Assembly: GCA_965214405.1 (NCBI GenBank)
Contig: OZ243956.1
Span: 1,536,001 to 1,600,000, forward strand
Direction of reading: 5' to 3'
Source of the DNA: Trueperaceae bacterium
GTDB taxonomy: Bacteria > Deinococcota > Deinococci > Deinococcales > Trueperaceae
DNA length: 64,000 nucleotides
Shown here: positions 29,486 to 41,318 of the stretch, in pieces
Numbering within the stretch: position 1 is the first letter of the stretch
How the letters are laid out: every line of letters begins with the position of its first letter
Notes under the pieces: generated by a model
What the model was told of the DNA's origin: nothing
The model's input: only the letters and a program-made list of their open reading frames with translations
Database searches by the model: none
Program-made: the position numbers and the translations under genes

Positions 29486-30616
29486 TTAGTTGGAGCCCCC
29501 GCCAGTACCTCCCCCAATACCTCCACTGTCGCCCCCGCCAGAAACTCCACCAGAACCTCCGTCAGAAAACGCGTCAACCAAGCTAAAGGCCCGCTCGTAA
29601 CTCGCCGGGTCGTTAAAGTTCTCCACCCGAAAGCCGTTGACAAAAACCGACGGCGTGCCGCGTAACCCGAGCGTGACCGCCGCTTGATAGGCCGCCTCGA
29701 TTTCGCTTGAAAAGGTGCGGTTCTGGATGCAGGCCTCGAGCCCGTCCGTCTCTAGACCCACGTCCTGCGCCAGACGCACAAAGTAGGCGGTGGGGTCGCT
29801 TAAGCCCGCCCACGCTTGTTGGCGTTCAAAAAGCGCGTCGTGATAGGTCCAAAAGGCGTCGGGCGTGTTCACGCTGGTCACGCATTCGGCGGCTTCGGCG
29901 GCGGGCACGGCGTTGGCGTGGATGCTCTGGAGCGGGAAGTCGTGGTATTCGAAACGCACGTCGCCGCGTGAGAGCAGCGTTTCTTTGAGGCCCGGCAGCG
30001 TCTGGGTGGCGTACTGCGCGCAAAAGGGGCACTGAAAATCGCTGAATTCACGAATCACGTAACGCGCGTCACTCGGCCCTACCGTGTGAGTGCCGACGGG
30101 AAAAAGGTCGGTCGGGACTTCTTGGAGCGCCAGAGAAAAAGTTGCCTGAAGACCGGACATAGCGCCACCAGACACAGCGCCACCGGATGCGGCCCCGCCT
30201 GACGCATCCCCACCCGACGTTCCAGGCGTTCCAGACACGTCCCCAGAGACGTCCAGCGTAAGCTCAAACTCTTGAACCGCCAGCTTGACCGGACCCTGCC
30301 CGACGAGTTCGCCCGCCCTGGCTCCCAAAAATTCCGCCAAGGGCGTGGCGATGCTCTCCCCGTAGCCCGTGGCCGCGCCGACGAGGGTGGCGAGGGATTG
30401 GGTGCCCACGTCCGTAAGCGCCGCTTGTCCCGAAACCTCGTAGAGCACGTTGTTGCGCGCCTCGAGCGTGAACCGCGCGCCGCCCATTTTGTACGCGTCT
30501 CCTTCTTGTACCGCCTGAGGAAGCGCCTGCAAGGTGTTTTCGGGCGGGAGGCCAATCTGCGCGTAAGCGCTAGCGCCTGCGCAAAAGACGAGCATAAGAG
30601 CTAAAAACCGTTTCAT
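29486..30616 (-). CDS. Secreted DsbA-family thiol-disulfide oxidoreductase with extra N-terminal domain
   Basis: Signal peptide; EFSDFQCPFC, HDFPL, GTPS.FVNG; Gly/Ser repeat linkers. Confidence 0.85.
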   Translation of the reverse strand: MKRFLALMLVFCAGASAYAQIGLPPENTLQALPQAVQEGDAYKMGGARFTLEARNNVLYEVSGQAALTDVGTQSLATLVGAATGYGESIATPLAEFLGARAGELVGQGPVKLAVQEFELTLDVSGDVSGTPGTSGGDASGGAASGGAVSGGAMSGLQATFSLALQEVPTDLFPVGTHTVGPSDARYVIREFSDFQCPFCAQYATQTLPGLKETLLSRGDVRFEYHDFPLQSIHANAVPAAEAAECVTSVNTPDAFWTYHDALFERQQAWAGLSDPTAYFVRLAQDVGLETDGLEACIQNRTFSSEIEAAYQAAVTLGLRGTPSVFVNGFRVENFNDPASYERAFSLVDAFSDGGSGGVSGGGDSGGIGGGTGGGSN

Positions 30617-30649
30617 CGTTCCTCCGTTTTGGTGGGCATCAAGGAATGT

Positions 30650-32185
30650 CTATTTGAGCCCGTACAGCGCGCCGAATTTGGTGTTGAGGTAGCGAATGTA
30701 AGGCTTCGCGTCCAGCTCGCTGCCGGTGGCGCGCTTCAGGAGTTCGGCGGGTTCATATTTAGAACCGTGCTGGTGGACGTTCTCGCGGAGCCAGCCGAGG
30801 AGCGTGCCGAACTTCCCGCGCGCGGTCTCACTGTCGATCTCGGGATGCGCCCGTTTGGCGGCCTCGAAAAGCTGCACGCTCATGATGTTGCCTAGCGTGT
30901 AGGTCGGGAAGTAGCCGATGAGCCCGATGGACCAGTGGATGTCTTGCAAACAGCCCTCCGCGTCGTTTGGTGGGGTGACGCCCAGGTAGTCTTGATATTT
31001 GGCGTTCCAGGCTTCGGGTAGGTTTTCGACCTCGAGCGAGCCCTCGAGCAGCGCGAGCTCCAACTCGAAACGCACCATCACGTGCAGGTTATAGGTCACC
31101 TCGTCGGCCTCGACGCGAATCAAGCTCGGCTCGACCCGGTTGACCGCGCCGTAGAACGCGTCCAAGGAAACCTCGCCTAGCGCCTCCGGGAAGAGTTCTC
31201 GCAAGCGCGGGTACGCGTGGGTCCAGAAACCGTAGGAGCGGCCCACCAAGTTTTCCCAGAGCCGCGACTGCGACTCGTGAAGGCCCAGACTCACGGCGTG
31301 GCCCAGCGGGTCGCGCGCGTGCGCCTCGGGCAGGCCCTGCTCGTACATCGCGTGGCCCGCCTCGTGCATGGTGCCGAACAGGGCGGGGTTGAGAAAGTTC
31401 GGCTCGTAACGCGTGGTGATGCGCACGTCGCCGCGGCCAATCTGCGTGGCGAAGGGATGGACGGTGCGGTCCAAGCGGCCCTTTGAAAAGTCGTAACCAA
31501 AATCCTTGACCACCTCGACGCCGAACTGTTCTTGTTTACCCTCGTCAAAGGTTCGGTGGACGGGCGCGTCGCTCACTTTGGCGCTGCGCGCGGCGATGGC
31601 CTTGACCAAAGGCACGGTGGCGTCGCGGAGTTCGGCGAACACGGTCCTGACGCGTTCCACCGTCGAGCCGCGCTCATAGAGGTCGTGGAGCGCGTTGTAG
31701 GGGTGGTCATCAAAACCCAGATAGTCCGCGTAGCGGCGGCTGTGCTCGAGCACGCTTTTTAGCGCGGGCGCAAAAGGCGAAAAGTCCGACTTTGAGCGCG
31801 CCTCGGCCCAAATGCCTTGACTCTCGGAGGTCACGTGAGCAAACGACTCGACAAAGTCGCGGGGGAGCTTCGTCGCTTGGTCGTAGTTGCGCTTCGTCAC
31901 GCGCGATAGCGCGGCCTCGTCGCTTCCCTCGTCGAAAGTACCCTGCAAGCTTTCTAAAAGCTCACCCACGCGGGGGTCCGCCAACCGCTCGTGATGAAGC
32001 CCGCTCAGCGTCGACATCACCTGCGCCCGCGCCGCCGCGCCGCCCGCGGGCATGTAGGTGTTCTGGTCCCACGACAGCAGGCTCACCGCGCCCCCGATGT
32101 CCGCCATCTCCGCCAGCCGCGCCTTAAGCTCCTCCAACGCCGCGTTTGCTGTTTCCTTCGCTTTATCATCCGTCAATGTGTCCAT
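30650..32185 (-). CDS. Carboxypeptidase Taq (M32)
   Basis: HPF, DVRITT, HEAGH, HESQS, IRVEADE, QDIHW, YFPTY; AGGAGG RBS before ATG 32185. Confidence 0.93.
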   Translation of the reverse strand: MDTLTDDKAKETANAALEELKARLAEMADIGGAVSLLSWDQNTYMPAGGAAARAQVMSTLSGLHHERLADPRVGELLESLQGTFDEGSDEAALSRVTKRNYDQATKLPRDFVESFAHVTSESQGIWAEARSKSDFSPFAPALKSVLEHSRRYADYLGFDDHPYNALHDLYERGSTVERVRTVFAELRDATVPLVKAIAARSAKVSDAPVHRTFDEGKQEQFGVEVVKDFGYDFSKGRLDRTVHPFATQIGRGDVRITTRYEPNFLNPALFGTMHEAGHAMYEQGLPEAHARDPLGHAVSLGLHESQSRLWENLVGRSYGFWTHAYPRLRELFPEALGEVSLDAFYGAVNRVEPSLIRVEADEVTYNLHVMVRFELELALLEGSLEVENLPEAWNAKYQDYLGVTPPNDAEGCLQDIHWSIGLIGYFPTYTLGNIMSVQLFEAAKRAHPEIDSETARGKFGTLLGWLRENVHQHGSKYEPAELLKRATGSELDAKPYIRYLNTKFGALYGLK

Positions 32186-32340
32186 CACGCCCTCCTGACA
32201 CGATAAAAAATGTTTGAACAAGTCGCGCAGTCACAAAAGCATACCGCGCAACCACGCGCCACATCGTTACCGAACGCGGGCGCAAGATTAAGAAACTTTA
32301 TCAAAAAGGGCGGTCGCGCGTTTTTCCCCGCCTCAAGCTA

Positions 32341-33260
32341 GGGTCTGTCTGACAGAAGGGATGAAGATGGTTTAGGGTAGGCGTATGGCACGAACAGACC
32401 TAAAAGAGCAGCAGTGGCAAGCACTAAAACCGCATCTACCCCCCAATCCCCAACGGGGTCACAACTACCGCAACCACCGACAGGTCATCAACGGCATTTC
32501 GTGGCGCTTGAAAACAGGCGCTCCCTGGCGCGACGTTCCTGAACGCTACGGACCTTGGCAGACCTGCTGGGACCGCTTCACGAGGTGGGAGCGCAACGGT
32601 GTCTGGAAGCGCATCCTGCACAGGCTTCAAGCTCACGCCGATGCGGCGGGTGAGATTGATTGGGACGGCGCAGCGTTAGACAGCTCTCATATTAAAGCGC
32701 ACCGCAGCGCCAGCGGGGCGAGGAAGCGGCCTGCTGAGGGTGAAAAAAGGGGACCTTAGCAGACGAGTGGCTGGGACACTCACGCGGAGGCCACACCAGC
32801 AAGGTGCATACCTGCGCGGACGGCAAAGTGCGACCCCTGTCCGTGGTCATCACGGCGGGACAGCGCAACGACGCCGCTTGGCTAGAGCCGGTCTTGGACG
32901 AGATTTATGTGCCCCGCCTTGGCAGAGGGCGACCGCGTAAGCGCCCCCCTCAGCTTAGACTCGACCGCGCTTATGGTTTCAACAAGCAGCGGAAGATACT
33001 AAGGCGCAGGGGCATCATCTGTATCAGCCCCGAGCGCGAAGATGCCAAGAAGTCTCGCTTGTCTAAGGGCACAAAAGGTGGACGACCTCCTGCTTTCGAT
33101 AAGCAAGCCTACAAAGGACGTAACGTGGTCGAACGCTGCATCAACCGACTTAAAGACTTTCGCGCCGTTGCCACCCGCTACGACAAACGCGGCAGAAACT
33201 ACCGTGCTGGTGTGCTCCTCGCCTCCATCATCCTCTGGCTTTGATTAGTCAGACAGACCC
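32341..33260 (+). mobile_element. IS5-family insertion sequence (IS427-like), 920 bp
   Basis: Perfect 13-bp TIRs GGGTCTGTCTGAC / GTCAGACAGACCC. TA on both flanks, giving an empty site of GCTAGC. Two transposase ORFs. Confidence 0.93.
32385..33244 (+). CDS. IS5-family DDE transposase joined by a -1 programmed frameshift
   Basis: OrfA 32385-32759 ([18 protein letters not shown]) and OrfB in the -1 frame ([35 protein letters not shown]). A AAA AAG slippery site at 32743-32749. Confidence 0.9.
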
Positions 33261-33400
33261 TAGCGTTAACCTCTGGTGTGCTCGCTGCAAATTTTCCCTC
33301 GGCCCCTGGGTGTATCATTCCGATAAAGTGCCCAGGAGTTCCCCTTGTCGACAACGCTGCGTAAGATTTTAGAGCTTTTGTCGCCGCGAGCAGCTTAGGT

Positions 33401-33901
33401 ATGCCGCCACTCCGCTGGTTCACCAACGCCTCTTCACGAACGTTACAAGCTTTTTTTTCCTCGTTGGTGAAAACTGCGACCGACGACGCGTTTTCCCAAA
33501 ACATCTTGAGCCCTCAAGAGTACAAACTTTATAAAAAGATGGACGTGCGCGACCGCCACCACGCGCGCCTCGTTGCCGAGGCGGTGCAGGCGCGCGCGCC
33601 GGACGCCTCGGCGGCCCTTTTGAGGGCGGCGCTGCTGCACGACGTGGGCAAGAGCGGCGCACCCTACCGCGCGTGGGAGCGCGTTCTCGTCCACCTTTAC
33701 GCGCCCGACGTGCCCGCCGCCCCGCGCCTGACGGGAACAAAGGGCATGTGGCAGCGCCACCGCCACCACGCCCTTTACGGGGCCGAGATGATTCGGGGCG
33801 CGGGCGGGGACGAACGCGTCGCCGAGATTGTCGCGCGGCACCATCAGCCCGAGGGAGACCTCGAGGCCGCGCTCCTCAAAGAAGTGGACGAGATGTTCTA
33901 A
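33401..33901 (+). CDS. HD-domain protein
   Basis: DRHH...ALLHDVGK...HA.YGA...HH...D. Confidence 0.8.
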   Translation: MPPLRWFTNASSRTLQAFFSSLVKTATDDAFSQNILSPQEYKLYKKMDVRDRHHARLVAEAVQARAPDASAALLRAALLHDVGKSGAPYRAWERVLVHLYAPDVPAAPRLTGTKGMWQRHRHHALYGAEMIRGAGGDERVAEIVARHHQPEGDLEAALLKEVDEMF

Positions 33902-33933
33902 TCTATAAACCAAGAAGCGTGCGAGACTGACGC

Positions 33934-35199
33934 ATGGACCTTCTCGAGTGGCTCTTCGCGCGGCAGCGTTTCGGCATGAAACCGGGCTTGGAAAGGGTAA
34001 GGGCGCTGCTCGAGCGTCTGGGCAATCCTCAAAAAAGTTTTCAAGGCGTGCTCGTGGGCGGCACCAACGGTAAAGGCAGCACCGCCGCCACGCTGGCGAG
34101 CATTCTCACCGCGTCGGGCGCGCGCACAGGACTCTTCATCAGCCCGCACTTGACAGAGTTTTCCGAACGTTTTGTGGTGGACGGGGAGCCGCTGGCGGAT
34201 GAAGCCATAACGGCTGCTTTGGAAGGTATAAAGCCTGTTGCCGAGGCGCTAGAGGCGACCTTTTTCGAGATCGTCACCGCGCTGGGCTGCGCGCTTTTTG
34301 CCAAGGCCGATGTGGACACCGCCATCATCGAGGTGGGACTCGGCGGGCGCTTCGACGCGACGAACGCGCTCGAGCCCTCCCTAAGCCTCATCACGGGCGT
34401 CTCGCGCGACCACACCAAGATTTTGGGCGAGACTATTGAGGAGATTGCGCGCGACAAGGCGGGCATCATGCGCGCCGGGAAACTCTGCTTAACGGGCGCG
34501 CAGGGGGACGCGCTTAGGGTTTTACGCGAGGAGGCGGCGCGGGTCGGCGCGACCCTGTGGGCGGTGGGTGAAGAAGTTGGGTTCGAGGCGAATCATCTTG
34601 GCTGGCGGGGGCTCGAGCTAAAGGTCGAAGGTCCTCACGGAACATCTGAGCTTCACACCCCCCTCCTCGGCGCGCACCAAGCGCGTAATGTCGCGCTGGC
34701 CGCCGCGGCAGCGGCAGCGTTGGGCGCGGAGGCTGACGCCATCGAGCGAGGCGTCCGGGCGACGCGCTGGCCGGGGCGGCTCGAGCCCATCTCTTACCAA
34801 AACCGAACCTTTTTACTCGACGGCGCGCACAACCCCGAAGCGGCGGCGGCTCTCACGCGGGCGGTGCGGGACTTGGGCGTCGAACGCGCGCTCCTCATCT
34901 TTGGCGTCGGGGCGGACAAGGAGGTGGGGGAGGTAATAGCGGGGCTCGAGCCCGTTACCCGAGAAGTTATCCTCACGCGCGCGCGCTTGAGTCCGAGAGC
35001 GGCGACGCCGGAAGACCTTCAAGCTTACTGGCACGTGCCGACGGTTCTTACTCAGGGTCCCGAAGAGGCGGTTGAGAGGGCGCTCGAGAAGACCAGGCCC
35101 GGTGAGGTTGTCTTAGTCGCGGGAAGTCTCTACCTTATTGGGGAGGTGAGGCCGCGGCTGTTGGGCGGGGGGCTCGAGCCGTGGACGCGTCTGCAGTAG
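33934..35199 (+). CDS. folC: Folylpolyglutamate/dihydrofolate synthase
   Basis: GTNGKGST, SPHL, EVGLGGRFDATN, WPGR, DGAHN, GSLYL. Confidence 0.94.
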   Translation: MDLLEWLFARQRFGMKPGLERVRALLERLGNPQKSFQGVLVGGTNGKGSTAATLASILTASGARTGLFISPHLTEFSERFVVDGEPLADEAITAALEGIKPVAEALEATFFEIVTALGCALFAKADVDTAIIEVGLGGRFDATNALEPSLSLITGVSRDHTKILGETIEEIARDKAGIMRAGKLCLTGAQGDALRVLREEAARVGATLWAVGEEVGFEANHLGWRGLELKVEGPHGTSELHTPLLGAHQARNVALAAAAAAALGAEADAIERGVRATRWPGRLEPISYQNRTFLLDGAHNPEAAAALTRAVRDLGVERALLIFGVGADKEVGEVIAGLEPVTREVILTRARLSPRAATPEDLQAYWHVPTVLTQGPEEAVERALEKTRPGEVVLVAGSLYLIGEVRPRLLGGGLEPWTRLQ

Positions 35200-35826
35200 C
35201 TAGGTCGTCTCACCTTGCACCCGCAGCGCCCGCAGGTGCTTGACCGCGCTTATCCCGCTGATGACGATGACGCCGATGGTGACGCTTACGAGGCGCAGCC
35301 TGGCGCTACCCTGCGCCACAAGGATGAAAGCCGCGAGGAACGGGTAGAGCGCGATGGCGTAAACAGGCGCTAGCGGCGTGCGGCGAAAAAGTAGCATGAA
35401 CGTAACGAGCAGCGCTAGACCGCCAAGACCCACGAGCGGATAAACGGGTAGAGCGACACCCAACGCCGTAGACAGCGCCTTGCCCCCCCGAAACCCCACA
35501 AAGGGCGACCACGCGTGACCCGCCACCGCGCCGCAGCCCGCCGCCACGCCAGCCGCCACACCAGCCGCCACACCCACGACCTCGCCGCCGAGAACGAGGC
35601 CCAACGCGCCCGCCGCGGCTCCCTTGGCAACATCCATAATCAGCACGAGCACTCCTAAGCCCCAGCCCAAGTGACGCGCCGTGTTCATCGCGCCCATGTT
35701 GCCCGAGCCGACCTCAAAGATGCGTTTTCCTTTGAGGCGAGCCGCCAAGGCCGCACTCGGCAGCCCACCGACGAGATAACCCACCAGCGCGGCGAGGAGA
35801 GGCGTTACCACCGTGGCTAAATTCAA
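35200..35826 (-). CDS. plsY: Glycerol-3-phosphate acyltransferase PlsY
   Basis: GSGNMGAMN, DVAKG, GH.W....F.GGK, KH motifs. Confidence 0.85.
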   Translation of the reverse strand: MNLATVVTPLLAALVGYLVGGLPSAALAARLKGKRIFEVGSGNMGAMNTARHLGWGLGVLVLIMDVAKGAAAGALGLVLGGEVVGVAAGVAAGVAAGCGAVAGHAWSPFVGFRGGKALSTALGVALPVYPLVGLGGLALLVTFMLLFRRTPLAPVYAIALYPFLAAFILVAQGSARLRLVSVTIGVIVISGISAVKHLRALRVQGETT

Positions 35827-35829
35827 TGG

Positions 35830-36558
35830 TTAACTCACTTCATAGAGACTGAGCTGCGCGAGCGAGCGCACGTCGCCCACGTGAAAGGCGATGTAGCGTG
35901 ACAGCAGCGCCCAGTGGCCGCGGCGCTCCGTCACGGGCTCTGCGAGGGCGTTTCGCACCGTGTCCAAAAGGATACTTTGGAGCTCCCCCAACAGCCCCGG
36001 CGAGAGCCGCATCCCTGTGACCCCGCACGCCTCACAGGTCATCCCGCCGCCCGCCACGTCAAAGGTGTGGGTCACCTCCGCCGCGCCGCAATGCACGCAG
36101 CGCTGCAGCCGCGGCGACAAGCCCGCCTGCTGCAACAGCTTCCAACTCAGCACCAGCGTGACCGCCTCCGGGTCGGCGTGCCCCGACAAGCCCCGCAAAC
36201 CCGCTGCGAGATAGCCGTGCATCATTTCGCCAGGATTCACGTCCGCGGTGAGTTTGTCGGTGAGTTCCGCCAGCACGTGCGCGTAAGGGTAGCGCTCGGG
36301 CGCGCTGAGTCTGGGCAGCGCGCCGTTGAGCTGCACCTGCGTGATGAGCGACAAATCCTCGTCGCCCTTGCGGTAGTGCTGCACGGTCACGTCGTGAAAA
36401 AGGCTCAACTTGCCCACGTTGCCGCCCAAAAGTTTGCCCTTACGCGCGACGCCCCGCCACTTGCCTTCTTCGCCCAAAAGCGTCACCACCACGTCGCCGC
36501 TCGGCAGGGCGGTGCGGCGGATAACGATGCCCTCGGTGACGCTGTAGCGCTTGCTCAC
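35830..36558 (-). CDS. recO: DNA repair protein RecO
   Basis: N-terminal OB fold (GIVIRR...D..V.L...GK..GVARKG) and a CxxC...CxxC zinc site. Confidence 0.9.
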   Translation of the reverse strand: MSKRYSVTEGIVIRRTALPSGDVVVTLLGEEGKWRGVARKGKLLGGNVGKLSLFHDVTVQHYRKGDEDLSLITQVQLNGALPRLSAPERYPYAHVLAELTDKLTADVNPGEMMHGYLAAGLRGLSGHADPEAVTLVLSWKLLQQAGLSPRLQRCVHCGAAEVTHTFDVAGGGMTCEACGVTGMRLSPGLLGELQSILLDTVRNALAEPVTERRGHWALLSRYIAFHVGDVRSLAQLSLYEVS

Positions 36559-36666
36559 AGATTATTTTACCGTGGCAGGGGGAGCTCGAGCGTCGTCAGA
36601 GAGCAGTTAAAGGAAAGCCTCCAGATTGAACACTCCAGAACCCAGAGGGCTGGGCTATGATAGGTC

Positions 36667-37290
36667 ATGACGCTGAACGTTGCCGATACGCTCGGAGGAA
36701 CAACGCCCCTCGAGCCTACCCCGCTCACGTTGCGCCTGCCACCGACGAGGGGGCTGAGCGACGAGGCGCTGCTCGAGCTTGCCGCTTACAACAGAGAGCT
36801 GCGTTTGGAGCGCACCGCTCGAGGAGACCTCATCATCATGCCGCCCGCCGGAGGAAATTCGGGACGACGAAATGCCAACCTCACCTTGCAACTTGCGCGC
36901 TGGCAGGAGCAAAACGGTACGGGAGAGGTTTTCGACTCCTCCACAGGGTTTAGGCTCCCCAACAGCGCCATCCGCTCCCCTGACACCTCTTGGATAAATG
37001 AGGCGCAGCTTGCGGCCCTTCCCGCGGAAGCGTGGGAAAAGTGTCTGCCCCTATGCCCAGCGTTCGTGATTGAACTCCGCTCCTCTACCGATAGCTTGCG
37101 CGTTTTGAAGAGAAAAATGCAGGAGTATAGAGAGAACGGTACCGAGCTGGGTTGGCTCATTGACCCGCAGACGAGACGCGTTACGGTGTATACGCCGAGC
37201 GAAACGCAAGACCTGGAAAATCCGGAAACGCTCTCGGGTGAGCCGGTGCTGGCAGGCTTTGTTCTGGATTTGCGCAGAGTTTGGAATTAA
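36667..37290 (+). CDS. Uma2 (DUF820) family putative endonuclease
   Basis: ERT..G.LIIMPP, FDSSTGF.LP...RSPD, FVIELRS, KMQEY..NG..LGWLIDP. Confidence 0.9.
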   Translation: MTLNVADTLGGTTPLEPTPLTLRLPPTRGLSDEALLELAAYNRELRLERTARGDLIIMPPAGGNSGRRNANLTLQLARWQEQNGTGEVFDSSTGFRLPNSAIRSPDTSWINEAQLAALPAEAWEKCLPLCPAFVIELRSSTDSLRVLKRKMQEYRENGTELGWLIDPQTRRVTVYTPSETQDLENPETLSGEPVLAGFVLDLRRVWN

Positions 37291-37371
37291 AACAAGCCAG
37301 ACAGCCAAAAGCCGCACCGTAAATCGTCGCTTTTTAAGGTTGCTTTACCCATCCGAAAAGCAGGAGCGCCG

Positions 37372-38661
37372 CTAGTCCGTTCCGACCGGACCCGCATTTG
37401 TACGCTCCCTCGCCCGCCGCAAATCCCGGCGGTGCGGGCGCAACCCGAGCGCCGCGCCGAGCCCCAACAGCCCGACGACGAGCAGCCCCGGCCTCGGCCC
37501 CAGATGCCCGACGAGCTGACTCACCAGGATCGCGCCAAAGGGCGTGAGGCCCGAAAAAACGAGCATGTAGACGCTCATGACGCGGCCCCGCAGCCTGTCG
37601 GGGACCATCAGTTGCACCGTGGCCTGCGCGTTGACCATCGTGAGAATCATGCCTAAGCCGCAGCCCACGAGCGCCAGCGCCGCCAGCCACAGCGTGGGGG
37701 CGAAAGTAAAGGCGATAAAGCAAACCGCCAGGAGCAGCACACCCCAGCGCATCAGCATGAGGCGGGCGTCGTCCCCGTAGAGCGAGTTGACGATAAAGGC
37801 GATGATCGCGCCCACGCCGAGGCTCGAGAGCAGCAGCCCCAAGCCCCCCACCGTCAGCCCTAACGCCTGCCGCGCGAATAGGGGCACGATCATCTGAAAG
37901 TTGACGATGGTTAGCGACAGCGAGCCCACCAGCAGCGTCGCCAGCCGCACCTCCGGGGTGCGGAAGGTGTAAAGGATGCCCTCGCGGATTTCGTCTACCA
38001 CCCGGTGCGGCTTGAGTTCCCTGACGGGCAACGGAATGGTCATGATTGCGACAATCACCGCGCCGTAAGAAAGCGCGTTGAGCGCGAAGGCGGGGCCGTA
38101 GCGCAGCAGCGGGCCGCCCGTCAGAACGTGACCAAACGCCGCAATCGTCGCCGCGGCGATGGCGGGACCCACGAGCCGCGCCGCGTTAAAGGCGAGCGAG
38201 TTGAGCGCGACCGCGTTACGCACGTCCTCTTTGGGCACAAGGTCGGGCACCAGGCTCTGCCGCGCGGGCATGTCAAAGGCGTTGGCCATCCCGTTCAAAA
38301 CCGCGATGACCAGCAGCAGCGGATAGGTGAGCGTGCCCGTTAAGGTAAGCACCGCCAGCGCGAGCGCGGATAAAGCCAGCGCGCCCTGAGAGGCGAGCAG
38401 GACGGAGCGCCTCGAGCGCGCGTCAATGACCACCCCCGCAAAAAGCCCCAGCACCAGCACGGGCGCGAACTGCACCGCGCTGATATACCCGAACTTGATG
38501 GCCGCCTCCGTTGGGTCCTTGATAAGGTCGAAGACCAGCCACGACTGCGCCGTGACCTGCATCCAGGAGCCGATAAGGGAAAAACCCTGCGAAAACCAGT
38601 AGCGGCGGTAGCTTGCGTGGCGGAGCGACTGAAAAGAGCGGGGAACGTGGCCTATCACCAT
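37372..38661 (-). CDS. MFS transporter (DUF894/MFS_3 type)
   Basis: S..GSWMQ..AQSWLV, FDMPARQ, A.ALNS..FN.AR.VGPA, RGRVMS; about 12 TM segments. Confidence 0.88.
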   Translation of the reverse strand: MVIGHVPRSFQSLRHASYRRYWFSQGFSLIGSWMQVTAQSWLVFDLIKDPTEAAIKFGYISAVQFAPVLVLGLFAGVVIDARSRRSVLLASQGALALSALALAVLTLTGTLTYPLLLVIAVLNGMANAFDMPARQSLVPDLVPKEDVRNAVALNSLAFNAARLVGPAIAAATIAAFGHVLTGGPLLRYGPAFALNALSYGAVIVAIMTIPLPVRELKPHRVVDEIREGILYTFRTPEVRLATLLVGSLSLTIVNFQMIVPLFARQALGLTVGGLGLLLSSLGVGAIIAFIVNSLYGDDARLMLMRWGVLLLAVCFIAFTFAPTLWLAALALVGCGLGMILTMVNAQATVQLMVPDRLRGRVMSVYMLVFSGLTPFGAILVSQLVGHLGPRPGLLVVGLLGLGAALGLRPHRRDLRRARERTNAGPVGTD

Positions 38662-38827
38662 AGACGCACCACCATACACCCTGAGGGCGGGCTGCAAGAG
38701 CGGGAACTTACATAGTCGTTAAAAACATGAATGTTAACTCACAGCTAGCCAAACACAGTTCAACGAACGCAGCCAATAAAAAAAGAGAGGCTTTCGCCTC
38801 CCTTCTGTTGAACTCGACTTGCCTACG

Positions 38828-39526
<699 letters not shown>

Positions 39527-39572
39527 GGTCCTCCAGGGGAGTCGGGGTGAATCCCGCTCCCCATCCTCCTGG

Positions 39573-41312
39573 CTAGTAAACCCTCGGCTTCGGCTCGTAC
39601 TTGCCTAAGGTTACAGGTTTGTAGTCGATGCGCACACCGTCGCCGTCTTTGTAGACGAGCGTGTGCTTGAGCCAGTCATCGTCATTGCGGTCTTTGTAGT
39701 CTTCGCGCGAGTGCGCGCCGCGCGACTCTTTGCGGTTTAGCGCGGCGTGGACGAGCTGCTCGGCGTTGTCTAAAAGAAAGCCCAGCTCAACGGTTTCCAT
39801 CAGTTCGGTGTTGTACTGTTCACCCTTATCCTCGACGCCAACCTCTTTATAGCGCTGTTTAAGTTCCTTGATTTTTTCAACCTGGCCGCAGAGCGTCTCT
39901 TCGGTGCGAAAGACCGACGCGTTCTCCATCATCGTGTTCTGCATCTCCTTGCGGATGTGCGACACGCGTTCCTTGGAAGAACCGTTGAGCGCGCGGTCGA
40001 GGAGGTTGCGCGAAAAGTCCTCCGCATCTTTGGGTAGGCGGTTGAAAGAAGCCTTTGACGCATACTCCGCCGCGCTGATGCCCGCGCGGCGACCGAAAAC
40101 GATGAGGTCTCCTAGCGAGTTCGTGCCCAGCCGGTTCGCGCCGTGCAGCGACACGCAGCCCACCTCGCCCGCGGCGTAGAGTCCCGGGATGATGGTGTTG
40201 TCGCCATCGATAATGACTTCGGTGTCGATCGTCGTCGGGATGCCGCCCATCGCGTAGTGCGCGGTCGGCTGAACGGGCACGGGCTCTTGGGTGGGGTCCA
40301 CGCCAAGGTAGATGCGCGCGAACTCGGTGATGTCGGGCAGGCGCGACTCGATAATGTGCGCGTCGATGTGGGTAAGGTCCAGGAGGATGTAGTCTTTGTC
40401 GTCACCCGCGCCGCGGCCTTCGCGCATTTCTAAGTACATGGCGCGAGAGACCATGTCCCGCGGTGCCAAGTCTTTAATCGTCGGCGCGTAACGCTCCATA
40501 AAGCGCTCGCCCTCGTCGTTGCGCAAAATCCCGCCCTCGCCGCGCGCGCCTTCGGTCAAAAGCACGCCGATTTTGTAGAGCCCGGTGGGGTGAAACTGGT
40601 AGAACTCGGGGTCCTCGATGGGCACGCCGCGGCGGTACACGACGCTCATCATGTCGCCGGTAAGGGCGTGCGCGTTTGACGTAACCTTGAACATCCGACC
40701 GTTGCCGCCCGAGGCGATAACGGTGGATTTGGCCTGGAAGGTATGAAGCTCACCTGTGGCGAGTTCGTACGCGACCACGCCGCGGCACTCGCCATCCCCT
40801 AACAGCACGTCCAACACGTGAAACTCGTTAAAAAACGTGACGTTATCCTTGATCGACTGCTGGTAGAGCGTCTGTAAAATCATGTGCCCGGTGCGGTCTG
40901 CGGCGTAACAGGCGCGCTCGACCGCCGACTTGCCGAACTCGCGGGTGTGACCGCCGAACTTGCGCTGGGCGATGCGGCCTTCGGGGGTACGCGAAAAGGG
41001 CAGGCCCATGTGCTCGAGCTCGTACACCGCCTCGATGACTTCATGCGCGAACGCCTCGGCGACGTTCTGATCGGTCAAATAATCCCCGCCCTTGACCGTG
41101 TCAAACGCGTGCCACTCGGGGTGGTCCTCAGTCACGTTGCCCAGGGCCGCCCCCACGCCGCCCTGCGCCGCGCCCGTATGCGAGCGCGTCGGGTAGAGTT
41201 TGCTGATAACCGCGACCGACACCCCCGGATGCTGCGCCGCGTAGCGCGCCGCCATCAGGCCTGCGCCGCCCGCCCCTACCACAATTACGTCATATTTGTG
41301 TGCTCTCATCAC
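39573..41312 (-). CDS. sdhA: Succinate dehydrogenase flavoprotein subunit
   Basis: [16 protein letters not shown] (covalent FAD His), [28 protein letters not shown]. Confidence 0.96.
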   Translation of the reverse strand: MMRAHKYDVIVVGAGGAGLMAARYAAQHPGVSVAVISKLYPTRSHTGAAQGGVGAALGNVTEDHPEWHAFDTVKGGDYLTDQNVAEAFAHEVIEAVYELEHMGLPFSRTPEGRIAQRKFGGHTREFGKSAVERACYAADRTGHMILQTLYQQSIKDNVTFFNEFHVLDVLLGDGECRGVVAYELATGELHTFQAKSTVIASGGNGRMFKVTSNAHALTGDMMSVVYRRGVPIEDPEFYQFHPTGLYKIGVLLTEGARGEGGILRNDEGERFMERYAPTIKDLAPRDMVSRAMYLEMREGRGAGDDKDYILLDLTHIDAHIIESRLPDITEFARIYLGVDPTQEPVPVQPTAHYAMGGIPTTIDTEVIIDGDNTIIPGLYAAGEVGCVSLHGANRLGTNSLGDLIVFGRRAGISAAEYASKASFNRLPKDAEDFSRNLLDRALNGSSKERVSHIRKEMQNTMMENASVFRTEETLCGQVEKIKELKQRYKEVGVEDKGEQYNTELMETVELGFLLDNAEQLVHAALNRKESRGAHSREDYKDRNDDDWLKHTLVYKDGDGVRIDYKPVTLGKYEPKPRVY

Positions 41313-41318
41313 GCCTCC

